Below, piece after piece: positions 48,951 through 60,764 of a stretch of 64,000 nucleotides of DNA. The position numbers and the translations under genes were made by a program. How positions within the stretch are numbered: the stretch's first letter is position 1; each line of letters starts with the position of its first letter. A model generated the notes under the pieces. It did no database searches and was not told the origin of the DNA. It saw only the letters and a list, made by a program, of their open reading frames with translations. The stretch is from Anthoceros angustus (Eukaryota; Plantae; Anthocerotophyta): positions 310,001-374,000 of the forward strand of contig MU008202.1 in the NCBI GenBank assembly GCA_010909165.1, written 5' to 3'.

Positions 48951-51900
48951 GGGTGCGTAGTGGTGTCGTGCCACTTGACCTTGTCCACGCTTTCATGATT
49001 TGGTGAGAGACCATAATAGACATTTTGATGCGAGAGAAGGAATGAAAAAAGATCCTATGACTTTTGGGTGAGCGAGGTAGTGCCCTAATCGGCGTGCTTG
49101 TGCATGTTGCTTGTCGATTGAAAAGTCACGACCGAGATGACATTCCCATTCACCTTGTGTTTTGGTGTGCGCTTTCAAGCATTGGGACACCAAGGTACAA
49201 TGCACAATACATTTAGGTTCCTAGTTCGCCACGCATATATGGATTGGTTGGTTTCATGTGCTATGCACCATTTGAAAGCACGGAAAGCCTTTCTATGCCA
49301 CGCCACCCTAGTGGCCGATGTCGCAGGCATACCTTCCAACAATGCACACACTGCTACAAGCAGTGTTTGCAACCTAATCAGAACTCAAATAGCAAAACAT
49401 CGCTGAAAATACTCTAGCTTGACTTCCTTGAGGTTTCTCGTCCATCTCGGTTTGGTGATCCAACCCCAGTTATCACGATCACCTTCTGCAGAACTCCACC
49501 TTAAAACACAAAATCTACAAGAACTCCATGCCTAATCACTTCACTCGCAGCCAAGAGATTGGCAGCCGCCTCGTGAAAGCACGTGTCAAAAACCATTCTT
49601 CCCACAAGTCCCTTCTCTGCGCCTTGTCTTGATCTCTCAAACCGGTTGGTCACCGCCAATAGGACCTTCAACATGTGAGTCACCAACCTCTTGCTAGTCA
49701 ATGTCCCCCCATGCCTCCCAGGACTCGTGAGGTCATGAAGCTGTCCGGGACATGGGAAGATGAAGCGACAAGCGGTTGGATCTCGTCAAGAACGCGTGAG
49801 CGGATAGTCTTCACTGGATGTCTCGAGCAGACCCGTCCCGGTAGCATCCGTCGTCATCCTCCTGCACAGCTGCTACAACCCACTGCGATACCAGCCAGTC
49901 CACACTGTTGGTTGTAATGACAGCCAACGAAACCCCTTGATAGTCTATTAAAAACCCCACGTCTACTATTCACCACTCCAAGTCCGCTACTCTGCACCGA
50001 CATGTACATGTGCAGGGTTGATACCACTTCTTGGAGCATTAAATCGCACACCACATACGATGACGACACGAGTTCGGGTTAAAGAAACCAAGTGTAGTTT
50101 GAACGCTTTGGGTCATCCATTATTCTTGGCATGAACCACCACTAAACCCAAACACCACTCTCCTCGATAACCTCCCTCCCCTCGCCGGATCCTACTCGCG
50201 TATTGAGTTTTAGCGAAGATCATGCCTTCCTAAGAATCGGCCCAACGGCATCACGAGTCCTCCGCATGCCATCATTATCGGGAACTTACAAGTCGCGATT
50301 GAAGTGGTGGATGGTTCACAACATGCCCCGCTGCATCACCTGTGATCATCCACCCCTGCACCGGCCGAGAGATATGAGGCTGCATAATCGGGAGTGGCGG
50401 AAGAGTGGCCTCATCGGGGCAGAGCACGTGGTAGGGCAAGAACACGGCTTGGAAGATTGGGGAAGAGAACCTTGATGGGCGAGGAATCAAAGGGCACCAA
50501 GGCAACTCCTCCCGGCTTCTCACGAATGTGGCGAAATGCGGGCATCATTGCGTAAAAAGCAAAGCACCCAGTACTATGTCCAGGTGTTGGCAGAGTGGCG
50601 AGAAACGATGAGAACAATCCGAGCGGAAGAAAGAGGCTGTGGACTTGCTTCTATCGTCATAGAGCCCGCCTCCTCATCATGTTCTGGAGTAACAGGTTGA
50701 GAGCTTTGTTCAAACTTGGCTTTGTGTTGTAGGAAGAGGCTGAGCATCCAGCCTTTACGTAATTGAGGAAGGTCCCATCGCCGATGTTTTTGTGTGTAAA
50801 GCGATACATGTTGTGCATTTGCATGATCTCTCGATCCCTAGACAATCTTCTTGACATGACGCTGTTGTTTTTTATCGTCATGGCATGGTTGGAATGCGGG
50901 TTTGGCACCTTTGCGTGTTCACTCATTTTGTGGTGTGACACCGCATTCCCCTGACCGTGTGTGTCGCAACAATCCGATGCGATTTGTGGATCTTTCAAGC
51001 AGTTGGAACCGGTGCATCGTGACAACAGTTTCAACCTTGTGAGTCTTACAAACAATGACAAAGAGTCATCATCACGCTAGATGGGTGGTTCTTCAAGAAG
51101 ATGTCTCGGAGACAAAATGTGGCTACAACAATACGTGGTTTTGGAGTCCGGCCTCACCATAAAGTATGCTCCATTTAGGAAAGAACACAAAACCAACACA
51201 CCAATCTGAAATCAAGACAAATGAAGTCGAACACACTTGGGAGTCACAACGCTTGACTCAAACACAAAACCAAAACCCCGCCACCTCCTCACGATCCTTG
51301 GTCTTCCTCTTCACCTGCTCAGACTTATCATCTTTGGGAGTGTGGGCACGCCACTCGATCATCACCGTAAGATTGGCCACCGACTCAAAGACCGGAGTTG
51401 TCATCTTCAACGGCTCGCAAATAGAAGAAGCGAAATGTCATGGTAATCAACTAACGAGGTGCATGATTTGAACCCACACATGCCAGTCCGAAACTTCTCA
51501 CCTATGTAATGCGTTCTTCAAGTCGTTTCCTTTTGGGCTCCAACCAACATCGATGACCTCCCTTTCTTCCAGCGCATTTCTATGCTTGGGTGGCACCTTC
51601 AATTCAAATCTTGCATGGATAATCATACTCAGGCAAAACAACAAAGGAGGCTTGTCATTCCCGAGTTTGTAAACTCCTTTACTGGTCCCCTTCACGCTCA
51701 TAGTAGATCCCACGGACAACCATTTCGCTGTGTGCCCTTCATACCACCTATCCCAGATAGTGTCTTGTCACCCATGGTGTCTTCTGCATTTGATGATGAA
51801 AAACGACTCACCGCCCATCTTCCATTTCGCCAGCACCGCAAAGTTGTCCCGGCCTTAAGGCAGAGTAGTCCTCTTCAATCTCTTCATCTTCTTCCTCATC

Positions 51901-54900
51901 TTCCTCCTCTTGTCTAGGCATTTTGCAAGGCACCTTCCTCCCTCCGAAGATTTGCGCTTTGCCCCACCAGGTGTTGGAGGTTGCCGACGTACCCTCGTGT
52001 CCATTCTCTGTCTAGCACCACTATATCCTTCATTGTTCAGCATGGGTTCTCCAACATCAGCAGTAGAGGCAAGCGATGGCTGCAGGATGGGAGCCTTCAC
52101 AACATGGACATGTGCACCGACTTCCTCTTTGGGACCAGAGGATGGCAACAGCCCTGCAATAGCACCCTTCTCACAATCAGCAACACAATGATTCGCAGCT
52201 TGCAGCCTTGCTGGCAGATCAGGAGTTGGATGCTCAACAAGTGCGGCCTCACCACCAATTGCTAGTGTATGGTCAACATGGATGCCAAGGGATTGTGGAG
52301 CGACCTTTTCAAGCAACCCATCGCTAGATGCGAGTGGTTCAAGAGATGATGGGCGCTATCATGTCCCTGTTTCATCGAGTAAGTGACACGGTGCACACAG
52401 GACCTGCAGATGGATCCAAGAGGTGCCACCATGTGCCACCACCAGTTTGGAGGTTGGGGCTCGGGCTAGTTGATCCTCCTCGCATGCAACCTCATCCCCG
52501 CACACCCAGATGACTCCGTGGGGCCGGGTTTGTGGCTTCTCCATTACAAGGTCGGTGTCTTTGAGGTATACACTAGGGATACAACCGGCATATGGCGCTG
52601 CACTTGATTACCCCACGGGGTCCATCCGATGTGCCAAGGCGCATTCGCCCATCGAGATTCGACAAATGGTGTACACACCTAAAGCGTGATCATATCCGCC
52701 GCCTTCTCGCCAATAGCCAACACCGGGCTCATCCTAGGGGTAATACGTAGTCTCCCCACTGTGGTTGCTGTCTGCACTCCTCGATCGAGGAGTGCTCCAC
52801 CATCACTACTTCTTGATTACCTGGACATATGGACAGTCGATTTCCCCCAGGCCACGGATTGGCCACCACATTTATGGCAGGAAACTGGCTGCTTAACCTA
52901 GATGGAGCAATTCGTGATGGTGGTGTTCGTGCATTTCCTGGTGTCCCTGTCCCCGGTGTGTCAAGCCCCCGAAATGGTGAAAACCGCAGGGAAGAACCCG
53001 TCCCGCATGGTGAAGAAGGCGAGGCGGAGTTGTTAACATCAAAGAACCTGCACTCTTTCCAGCCGACTTCCTAGTCCACCTAATACTATCATATTGTCAT
53101 AAAATTCAGCACCCCATTCCTCCAACTGATGGCTTCCCGGTCTTGACCATGTTAGAGGACACACTCATAGCACTAGAAGCCCATCCTTTGCCCTCAACCA
53201 CGGGGAACCTCCAAGCCACAAGATCGAAGCATGGACCTTTGCTCTCCCTCAAATGCTGGTAGAGGCAAAAGTCGGAGTGTCCACAAGGAAGAACTGAAAA
53301 ATTATGTGCACCATACCACTGCACAAGTTAAGGTTACTTCAAGTGGTCTTTCACTTCACTCACATTACACTTGATTAAGCTCCACTTCAACCTAGACCAC
53401 TAGCAGGCACCATGACAGATCCACTTGAACAAACCACCATAAGCGGAAGTAGCACCATCAAGTGGAAGGTGCTCCAAAGCACCATACAAAGTGCGGCTAC
53501 ATAAGGAGCACCATCAAGTGGATGGTGGCAAGTGGATGGTGCCATAGTGCGACCATAATTACCACCTCACTTGGAGCACCATCCACTTGAACACACGCAC
53601 CAATATCGACACGAAAACTAGTGGCTCACTTGAGCACCATCCACTTCATATGAACCCTTGGAGAACGCAATGATAAGCACACCACCTAACCACCTACCCC
53701 CAACCACCTAACGATTCGACACAAGTGCACTCTACATGATGTAACTTGCAAAATTCAAATTTAAGAGGAAGACCATTGAAGGAAAAGTGGTGATAGTCAC
53801 TCTTCATCACCCAACATTGAGCAGTGAACACACCTGGTACATAAGGGACAGGCATTCACTTCACCTCCATACCACAAGAGGGGCTTCAATCCAAGCTGGT
53901 GGCCAAAGAGGCCTCATCGCCTCATCAAGGAAGACAATTCACTGCTGCCATGTCTTGCTCATGCACCCCTTTCTCCATATCTCCACACACTAGCCTCGTG
54001 TGCCGGTGTGTTCGAACACCAACCCTCCTCCCTTTCAACCAAAGAACAGCTTGTGTTGTCTTCACCTCTTAGGTTGATGCGCCTCCTCACTCATACTTCT
54101 CCAAAGCCAAGTCTCCCGGACCTTTTTGACTTGTCAACTTCCTCACATACCTCCAAGAGCACTTTCTCTTGGAGCTTCACCGCAACAACAACAAGATCCT
54201 CTAGAGCGTTTCCAAGAAGGTGCCATGACGTGAGACATAGGCCAAGTCCGTGACTTGCTCGAGCCACACACCCCCCGCTGCCGTACCATGTACGAATGGT
54301 TCAGCCACCACCTCATGAGAAGTGGACTCCACGGATCTTTAGTCGCATTGGTTTCCACCGGCCCCCTTTTGTTTGTAGCTCTTCCTTGGCCGAATGGGCT
54401 TTCACCGCTGAATCTGCTCTCCTGGAGATGCTAGCACCTTGGACTCCCGAGCATGAGCGTGTCCGCTGGCTAATACTCTCCTCACCAGGAAGATCCTTGT
54501 GCTTGACACCCATCCGCAAACATATGAACCTCGGATCCCTTTTGTCCTCCACTACAACATCCTCACATTGCGCCTTCTTTTTCGATGTTTACGCTCTTGA
54601 ACCACACCCCCTCGCACAAGGGCCTTTGTTGTCTTGTCATAAGTGAACCAATCAATGGAAACACCTTTCAACTTCTCCACAAGAACTCCAAGTGCCATCT
54701 TCCTAGGAATGAACTTCTCGGAGGCCGCGCTTCCGGTATACAAGAACACAAATCAATGTTTTCCCACTGTGACTGGAAATCACCTTGCGACTTGAAACGC
54801 GTTTGAGACCACTTGAACCCTTCGTCTTCTTTATCCCAAACACACTAACAATAAACTCGTCACCACCAATCGATCCTTGAGAATATCTGCACGAAATATC

Positions 54901-55289
54901 CCTAACATTAAAACCACGAGAGTGTGCCATCTCCTTCTTTCAATCCCAGGACATTCAGGCTTTCCTTGCAACTTCTTCACATGTTCGGTCCTTTCACGCA
55001 CTTCCGGCTTCTTGAAGCGCCTTCGAAACAAACTCAAGCTCCTCTTCAAAGAGCCCATCTTGCGCTATGCGATCTGCAAAGGATTGAAAGAAAGCAGTCG
55101 ACCGGATCGCAAATGTGGTTTACATCAAATCCATGAAACCAGACAAACAATTGTAATAGAAGATGAGCTCCCATCTTGCACGCCCTTCTCTCTAGCAACC
55201 ACAACGAACATCCCTTCATCAATCACTTCCTTCTCTCCAACGGAGGTCCATCTCAGCCCTTTGCTGTTATCTCCGATCCACCACATGAT

Positions 55290-56470
55290 CCGCCCTCCCA
55301 CACCGCCACCGCCCTCCCACACCGCCGCCCTCCCACACACCGCCCCACACCGCCACGCCCTCCCACACCCCGCCTCCCCTACTCCCACGACGCCAACACG
55401 CACCTCCTCTCACCTCCTCCAACATCGCCGCACCCACACCTCCTCACCCGCCACACACCACCTCCTCCCACACCGCCATCATCCCATGCCTTTCCTTCTC
55501 TGTGAAGAATTGACAAACCAAAGTCAAGGCGATGGATGAGCGTAATTTGCAGGACTGCATCCACATTCCCAAGTGAACTCGTACCTTGTCCATAAACCGA
55601 AATTCAACCTTCAAGCATGAGCGGAGCCTTCAAGCTCGCTATGTCCGGATGTCATGTGGAAGTCAAGAAATGTACCACATCTCGCCACATAGGAGGAGAA
55701 GATAAGGGGCCAATGCAAACAAAAGTGTTAGCATTGATCATCAGCAGCTTGGCGAGGTTCTTATGCGGATGTGGCCTACCACTGCTGCTCAAGACAGACA
55801 TATGGAATCAATCACATAAACGGGCGGGTTAAGAACATCCGGGTTTGCGAAGGAGAGCCTTCTCCCTTTGAATGCTAGAAGGTGAAAAGGCAGCCACCGC
55901 CCTCCCACACACCGCCTCCCACACCGCCGCCTCCCACATCGCCACTGCCCCTCCCACACGCCACCCTCCCACACCGCCGCCCCACACCCCGCCATCCCCC
56001 ACCTCCTCCCACGACGCCAACACGCACTCCCATCCCACGCTCGATCCCACAAACCTCTGCCTGCTTGCACCGCCTATTGGCCCAACCATGAGCTCGTGCC
56101 GCATTGAACCCATCAAAACACCGCCTCCTGCCGCCACCACGGCTTGCCATCTTCACTTCTCCCTCAAGTCGTCCTCCCACCTCCTCCAACATCGCCGCAC
56201 ACCCACACCTCTCCACCGCACACCAAGCTCCTCCCACACCGCCATCCTCCTACCTCCTCTCATATCGACCTCCCACCTCCTCCCACACCCCGCCTACACA
56301 CCTCCTCCCACACCGCCACACACCTCCTCCCACACGCCACAAACCGCCTCCCACGGCCGCAAACCACATGCCGCACTCCCCCACATGCCAAACCACCTCC
56401 CACACACAGTGGAAACACCGCCTCCGGATCACCAAGTTCCCATTCACCACCAACTTTCTCATTCTCCCAC
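55290..56470. repeat. C/A-rich low-complexity minisatellite blocks (CCTCCCACACCGCC-like) at 55290-55485 and 55893-56470
   Basis: Many degenerate cctcccacac(cgcc) units. cacctcctccaacatcgccgcac is shared by both blocks. Confidence 0.8.
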
Positions 56471-56739
56471 ACCACCACCGACTTCCCCATTCTCCCACAA
56501 CTTCTCCCATCTACCCTAAACACCCCCACACACAATCAGGCAACCTTACCTTGATCTCGTGCTCCACTTCCACACTATCAAGGACATAAGCCACAACTAA
56601 ACCCACGAACCACACTAAAACCCAACATCGAGATATTTTAATGTGTATGTGAAACAGGTTTTAAAAAAACCCCGTTTTTTCCACCATCTACTTAACAAGT
56701 TATCACTCCCTTTTTTGGATGGAAGTGCTACACCTAACC

Positions 56740-57125
56740 ATGCATACACCCTGTAGGCAGAAGTGGAAATTGATTATAAGGACTACAAGGTGGACAAGGA
56801 TCACGGTGCCATATCAGGCAACGACAGGTCTGAAAAATGTGCGTGGGTTGACAATGTTGATCTCTACATGCATAACCGTGCTCACGTTGTGTGTGAGACT
56901 CATGCCTCTTCACACAAGAGGTCGAGTGTGGACAATTCTTCAATGAGCGGAGTCAGCAATGAAGACATGGCCAAACAGAGGTGGATTGGTCAAGATAATG
57001 CATCTGATGCTATTAGTCTCTTGATTCCCATGTCCCAAAAATTGGAAGCCCTAGAGGAAAAGAAAGTGGCATTGTTAGAGAGTTTAGTGGCCACTATGTC
57101 CACAGGATTCAAAAATCAGTCTTAG
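56740..57125 (+). pseudogene. Truncated Myb/SANT-like ORF of a PIF/Harbinger element
   Basis: CRQKWK (frameshift) DYKVDKDH..SGN...CAWVDNVDLYM..RAH followed by a short coiled coil. Convergent with the Harbinger transposase. Confidence 0.55.
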
Positions 57126-57229
57126 TTTTATTTCTGCCTTACACGATTGAAAATCAGCCTTATATAGAACAGGCTCTCTTGAGGTCTATAAGCGGACTGA
57201 ATGCTGATCACAGTTCATGACGCACCCCA

Positions 57230-58380
57230 TTCAATTCATATAGAGTTTCTTGAGCTGTTCTTGTGGCCTCCTCCTCATCATCCATATCATGAACACATGA
57301 ATATGTTGCCTCTTCTAGCCAAGCTTGGTCAAATGCTTCCTTATGGATGATGCACATGTTGTGTAGAATTAAACATGCCTAAATGACAACAGCGATGTTC
57401 TGCAACTCCATGTCCAATCTTTTTAGCAGACACCTCCATCTCGCTTTCAAGATTCCAAATGCTCTAAAGAGCATTTGGAATCTTGAAAGTTCTGTGCTCC
57501 AAAGAGCAAGTTCTGTGCATTTCCAAAGAGCAAATGGCTGTAGAAATTAAAGTTCTACAGCCATCCTGGTGGAACTTTGAATAAAGTTACAATGTTCTTG
57601 CTCTGGTATCAATCCGTCCTTAGACCCTCTATAAGGAGTCAACATGTAGAGCACAGGCCAGCCAGTCTGCGTCCAGTAGTGAACAATAATGTCCCGGCTT
57701 GCCTGCATCACATTTTGGTCCAAGCTCAGATCTGGTAAAAAGGTTCCAATCATTGAGACTGCCTACGCAATGCCCATCATGCTGGGCGTGCTGCATGCCC
57801 ATCCATAGTCGTAATCCCACACGAGACAATTTGCAGTCATGGTTAACTGAAGAAGTTGAGAGTAGAACCCTTTTCTGCTATAGTAATCCCCCTTGTTTTT
57901 GTGAGGAGCAATAATGGGGATGTGACTCCCATCGACGACTCGAATCACATATAGGATACCTTGCAATTCAAGGAAGTCTGCTATATATGCAGCCATTTTG
58001 CTCTTTCCAGGCCACATGATGTAGGTATCGTGCAATTTGGAAATCAGGGCTTTGCAGAATTCCAAAGTAGCATTAGAAACTGCAGTTATGCCGTATCCAT
58101 AGCAGTCCCTAAGAATTTGAAGAGTGTCTCCAGTGACCAGCCTCCTGAGGGCCATTGCAACTCTTGCATCCATAGGAATGGCTTTCCGAAATGTGGTATC
58201 TTGCCTGAACACCAAAGGGCCAATTTCAGCACACAAGTACTAGAAGGTGGCTTTGCTTACTCGACAACGCTCCCTGAACATCTCATGTGTGGAAGACCCA
58301 AGACATGATTGATCCGCAAACCCTTGGTTTCGTTTCACACACCATGTTGATCGTCGTTTCTTTTTTCTCCCATTGGACTT
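57230..58380 (-). mobile_element. PIF/Harbinger DDE transposase pseudogene (HARBI1-like)
   Basis: Motifs FRERCRVSKATF, DTTFRKAIPMDARVAMALRRL, VDGSHIPI.AP, YYSRKGFYS, GSLND, MLTPY, RMAVE/RAFGILKARW and ACLILHNMC, with stops and frameshifts. Confidence 0.85.
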
Positions 58381-58849
58381 GAACACTTCGTGAGGCAAAG
58401 CCACTACTGCAGCAGCTATGAATGTCCAGAGAGACGATGAGAAAATTCAAGTACACACAACATATCCAAAGCAAGCAAAATTTTCTCCCAACGGCCGTCT
58501 TCTGACATTAATGCCGTCTTCTCCACACCAGAGGAGAGAACGAAATTGCCCGAGGTGCAGTTAAGGAGGACCGCTGTGGGCATGTGGAGGACGATGGTGG
58601 TGTTGCCGAGGACGCGCACCTTCTAGATGGCGGGAGGGAGAATCGGGCTCTTCTAGAAGAGCTTAGGTTTGATGGCCATGGGGAACTCCGAAGGAGTGGG
58701 CAGGAGGCCTGTCATTCTGAAGGGTAGCAAAGTGCTGCCTTTGGGGTTGACATTGCTACAAGGGAGCAGGAGGAAGAGGAGAGAGGCCACGAAATGCCTG
58801 CTCATGAGTCAGAGAGGCACAGACTGGACGAGGACACCACCTGGCCGAG

Positions 58850-59700
58850 ATGGTGAAAGCGGAGGGAGGCAAAGGAAGTGGAATGGCGATGAAGAGGTGG
58901 AGGAGGACCCACCGACAACATTGGATGCAGAGAGATAGGGGAGTGCCAAAAAAATTATTTGGCGGTAAGCCACTTGATGACATCATTGCCGTGTTGTGCA
59001 AGCTGCATGGTCGTGGGGGGGTTTACATGGTTGTGAGTCGGCTGTTTGATGGAGGGTGGGTGGAGAACGAAGATGAGGAGGAAGAGCCAGGCGAGGATGG
59101 ATCGTCCGAAGGCCTTCAGCGCGTGTTGGAGCTAGTGTGCGCGAAGATGCAGTTGATGGTACCATGGTCAAGCCACAACGAGACTTTGAGGGACATATTG
59201 GTGAGAAAGGTAGAGTATGAGTTCCCTGGTATAGATCGCGAGGATATTGTGGCAAGGTTTGCAGGGGCTTCGCGGACAAGAGACCACAACGTTGGGAAGA
59301 AGGTGTGACAAGCTGCGATTATCTGGAGGGAGAAGGGGAAAGATGCGAAATGGCTGCACCCTCCGAACGTCAGCACCAAGGCATGGAAACGGGCTATCGA
59401 GCAAGCTATGGTCATGTTGCAGAAGCACGGCGGTGTGTGGCCAACCCCACAACAAGCAGCATCGCCACTGACTGTTGACGAAAGCATGGGACCAATCCCT
59501 TTGGTCCCATGGGAGCAAAAGAGTTCGAGAGAAGGTATGTCCAACGGTGGGGAGGGAGCGCAGCAGTACAAGAGTTGAAATGGGCTGCGAAACATGGATT
59601 GGAGAGCATGCCGAACTACTGGAGTGGTATGGCAATAGATCGGATCCTTGGTGGAATGGCTAGCTGTGGTCAAAGAAGGTGTGTCATTGGGACATGAAGA
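58850..59700 (+). pseudogene. Degenerate transposon-type ORF, loosely like CACTA TnpA/Ptta proteins
   Basis: A long purine-rich frame with one stop and a frameshift (PWSSHNETLRDILVRKVEYEFPG...PPNVSTKAWK...). The family assignment is only a loose resemblance. Confidence 0.25.
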
Positions 59701-60077
59701 CCGTGAACAGTAATTGTTGTGTGTGCATGGCTGCAGGTCAGAAGGAGAAGGAAAGGTATGTGGCAGGTGAAGGGCACGGAAGATGGAAGGAACAATAGCA
59801 TGTGCCGAGGGGCAAGGGGAAGGGAAGGTGGGAACGAGGAGGGCGTCACACTCAGGTGATGCCGGAGGCAGTGGGGATGGTGTGGAAGATGGAGGTGTGA
59901 GTGCGTTGCCACTCACAAGACGAATCACAAGATGTGAAGTAACAAGTTGAAGACTAGAAAGCTGAAAACTGAGATTGATAAGATAATGTACAATACAAAA
60001 ATGTTTGTCTAATCTACTTCTTAAACTGGCCATAGTGTCGCTTCACTAAATGACCTTTCATAACCCTAACGTATACA

Positions 60078-60747
60078 TGTTATTAATACCAAAGCGAGTT
60101 TTAGGTTATATTTATATATCTTCACACCCCCTCTTAACCTCAACGAGCTTAAACAACTGATCACACAGCAAACCCTAATGTAACAGACATAAGAACGAGC
60201 CGCCACGCAAAAAACGCTATCTCCGTTCCAGTGTGCCTCTGTGCCTTATTCCTCACGTTTTGCTCGCAGTAGCGCAATTCTCGCGTGGCCAACAATGAGG
60301 CGGGCGGAAGTACTGCAGCCGTCTGACGAGTTGCGGCGGCCTAAACCGCTAGAGGAGCAAGGCAGACCAACCACTGTCACGGAATCTGCTGGTGACAGCG
60401 ACCGCCGGGACCAACCAAAGCGTGGATTCGGCCGTCTTGCACCGCTTAGGACCCGTGCGATTTGATGGTGGTGGGATATGGACGGCGCGACCGACCGCGA
60501 GCCGATGATGGCGTCAATCCAGCTTGGAGGGAAGTGAGCTGATTAGGAACCTTCGGAAACTTCTACCGATGTATCGACTTAAGACTCCGAGTAAAGAAGG
60601 TAATCCCTAATGATTGGGTTCGTGAGAGCTTCATCCACCGTGATCCGAGCACTTGTTGTCTTTAACTTGTTGCTCTCCTTGTGCGTGGAGTTAACAACAA
60701 CTTGGTTGGATGTAGGGAGCATCAACCAAAAACAGTACCCCCCCCCC
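60078..60747 (-). repeat. Polypurine tract (G10, 60747-60738) and probable 3' LTR of the copia element starting TG at 60734
   Basis: A G-run just after the RNase H stop is followed by TGTT. The distal end (…AACA at 60078) is a guess because the 5' LTR lies outside the window. Confidence 0.45.
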
Positions 60748-60764
60748 AAATCAGATAAGTATCC

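Noticed and set aside
50160-50350. SET domain (VVNH...IRRGE) on the minus strand
   Set aside because: It needs stops and arbitrary frame choices, and it is no better supported than the weak Ulp1 reading.
55872-56589. Pro/His/Thr-rich extensin-like ORFs
   Set aside because: These are by-products of a C/A-rich minisatellite open in several frames on both strands.
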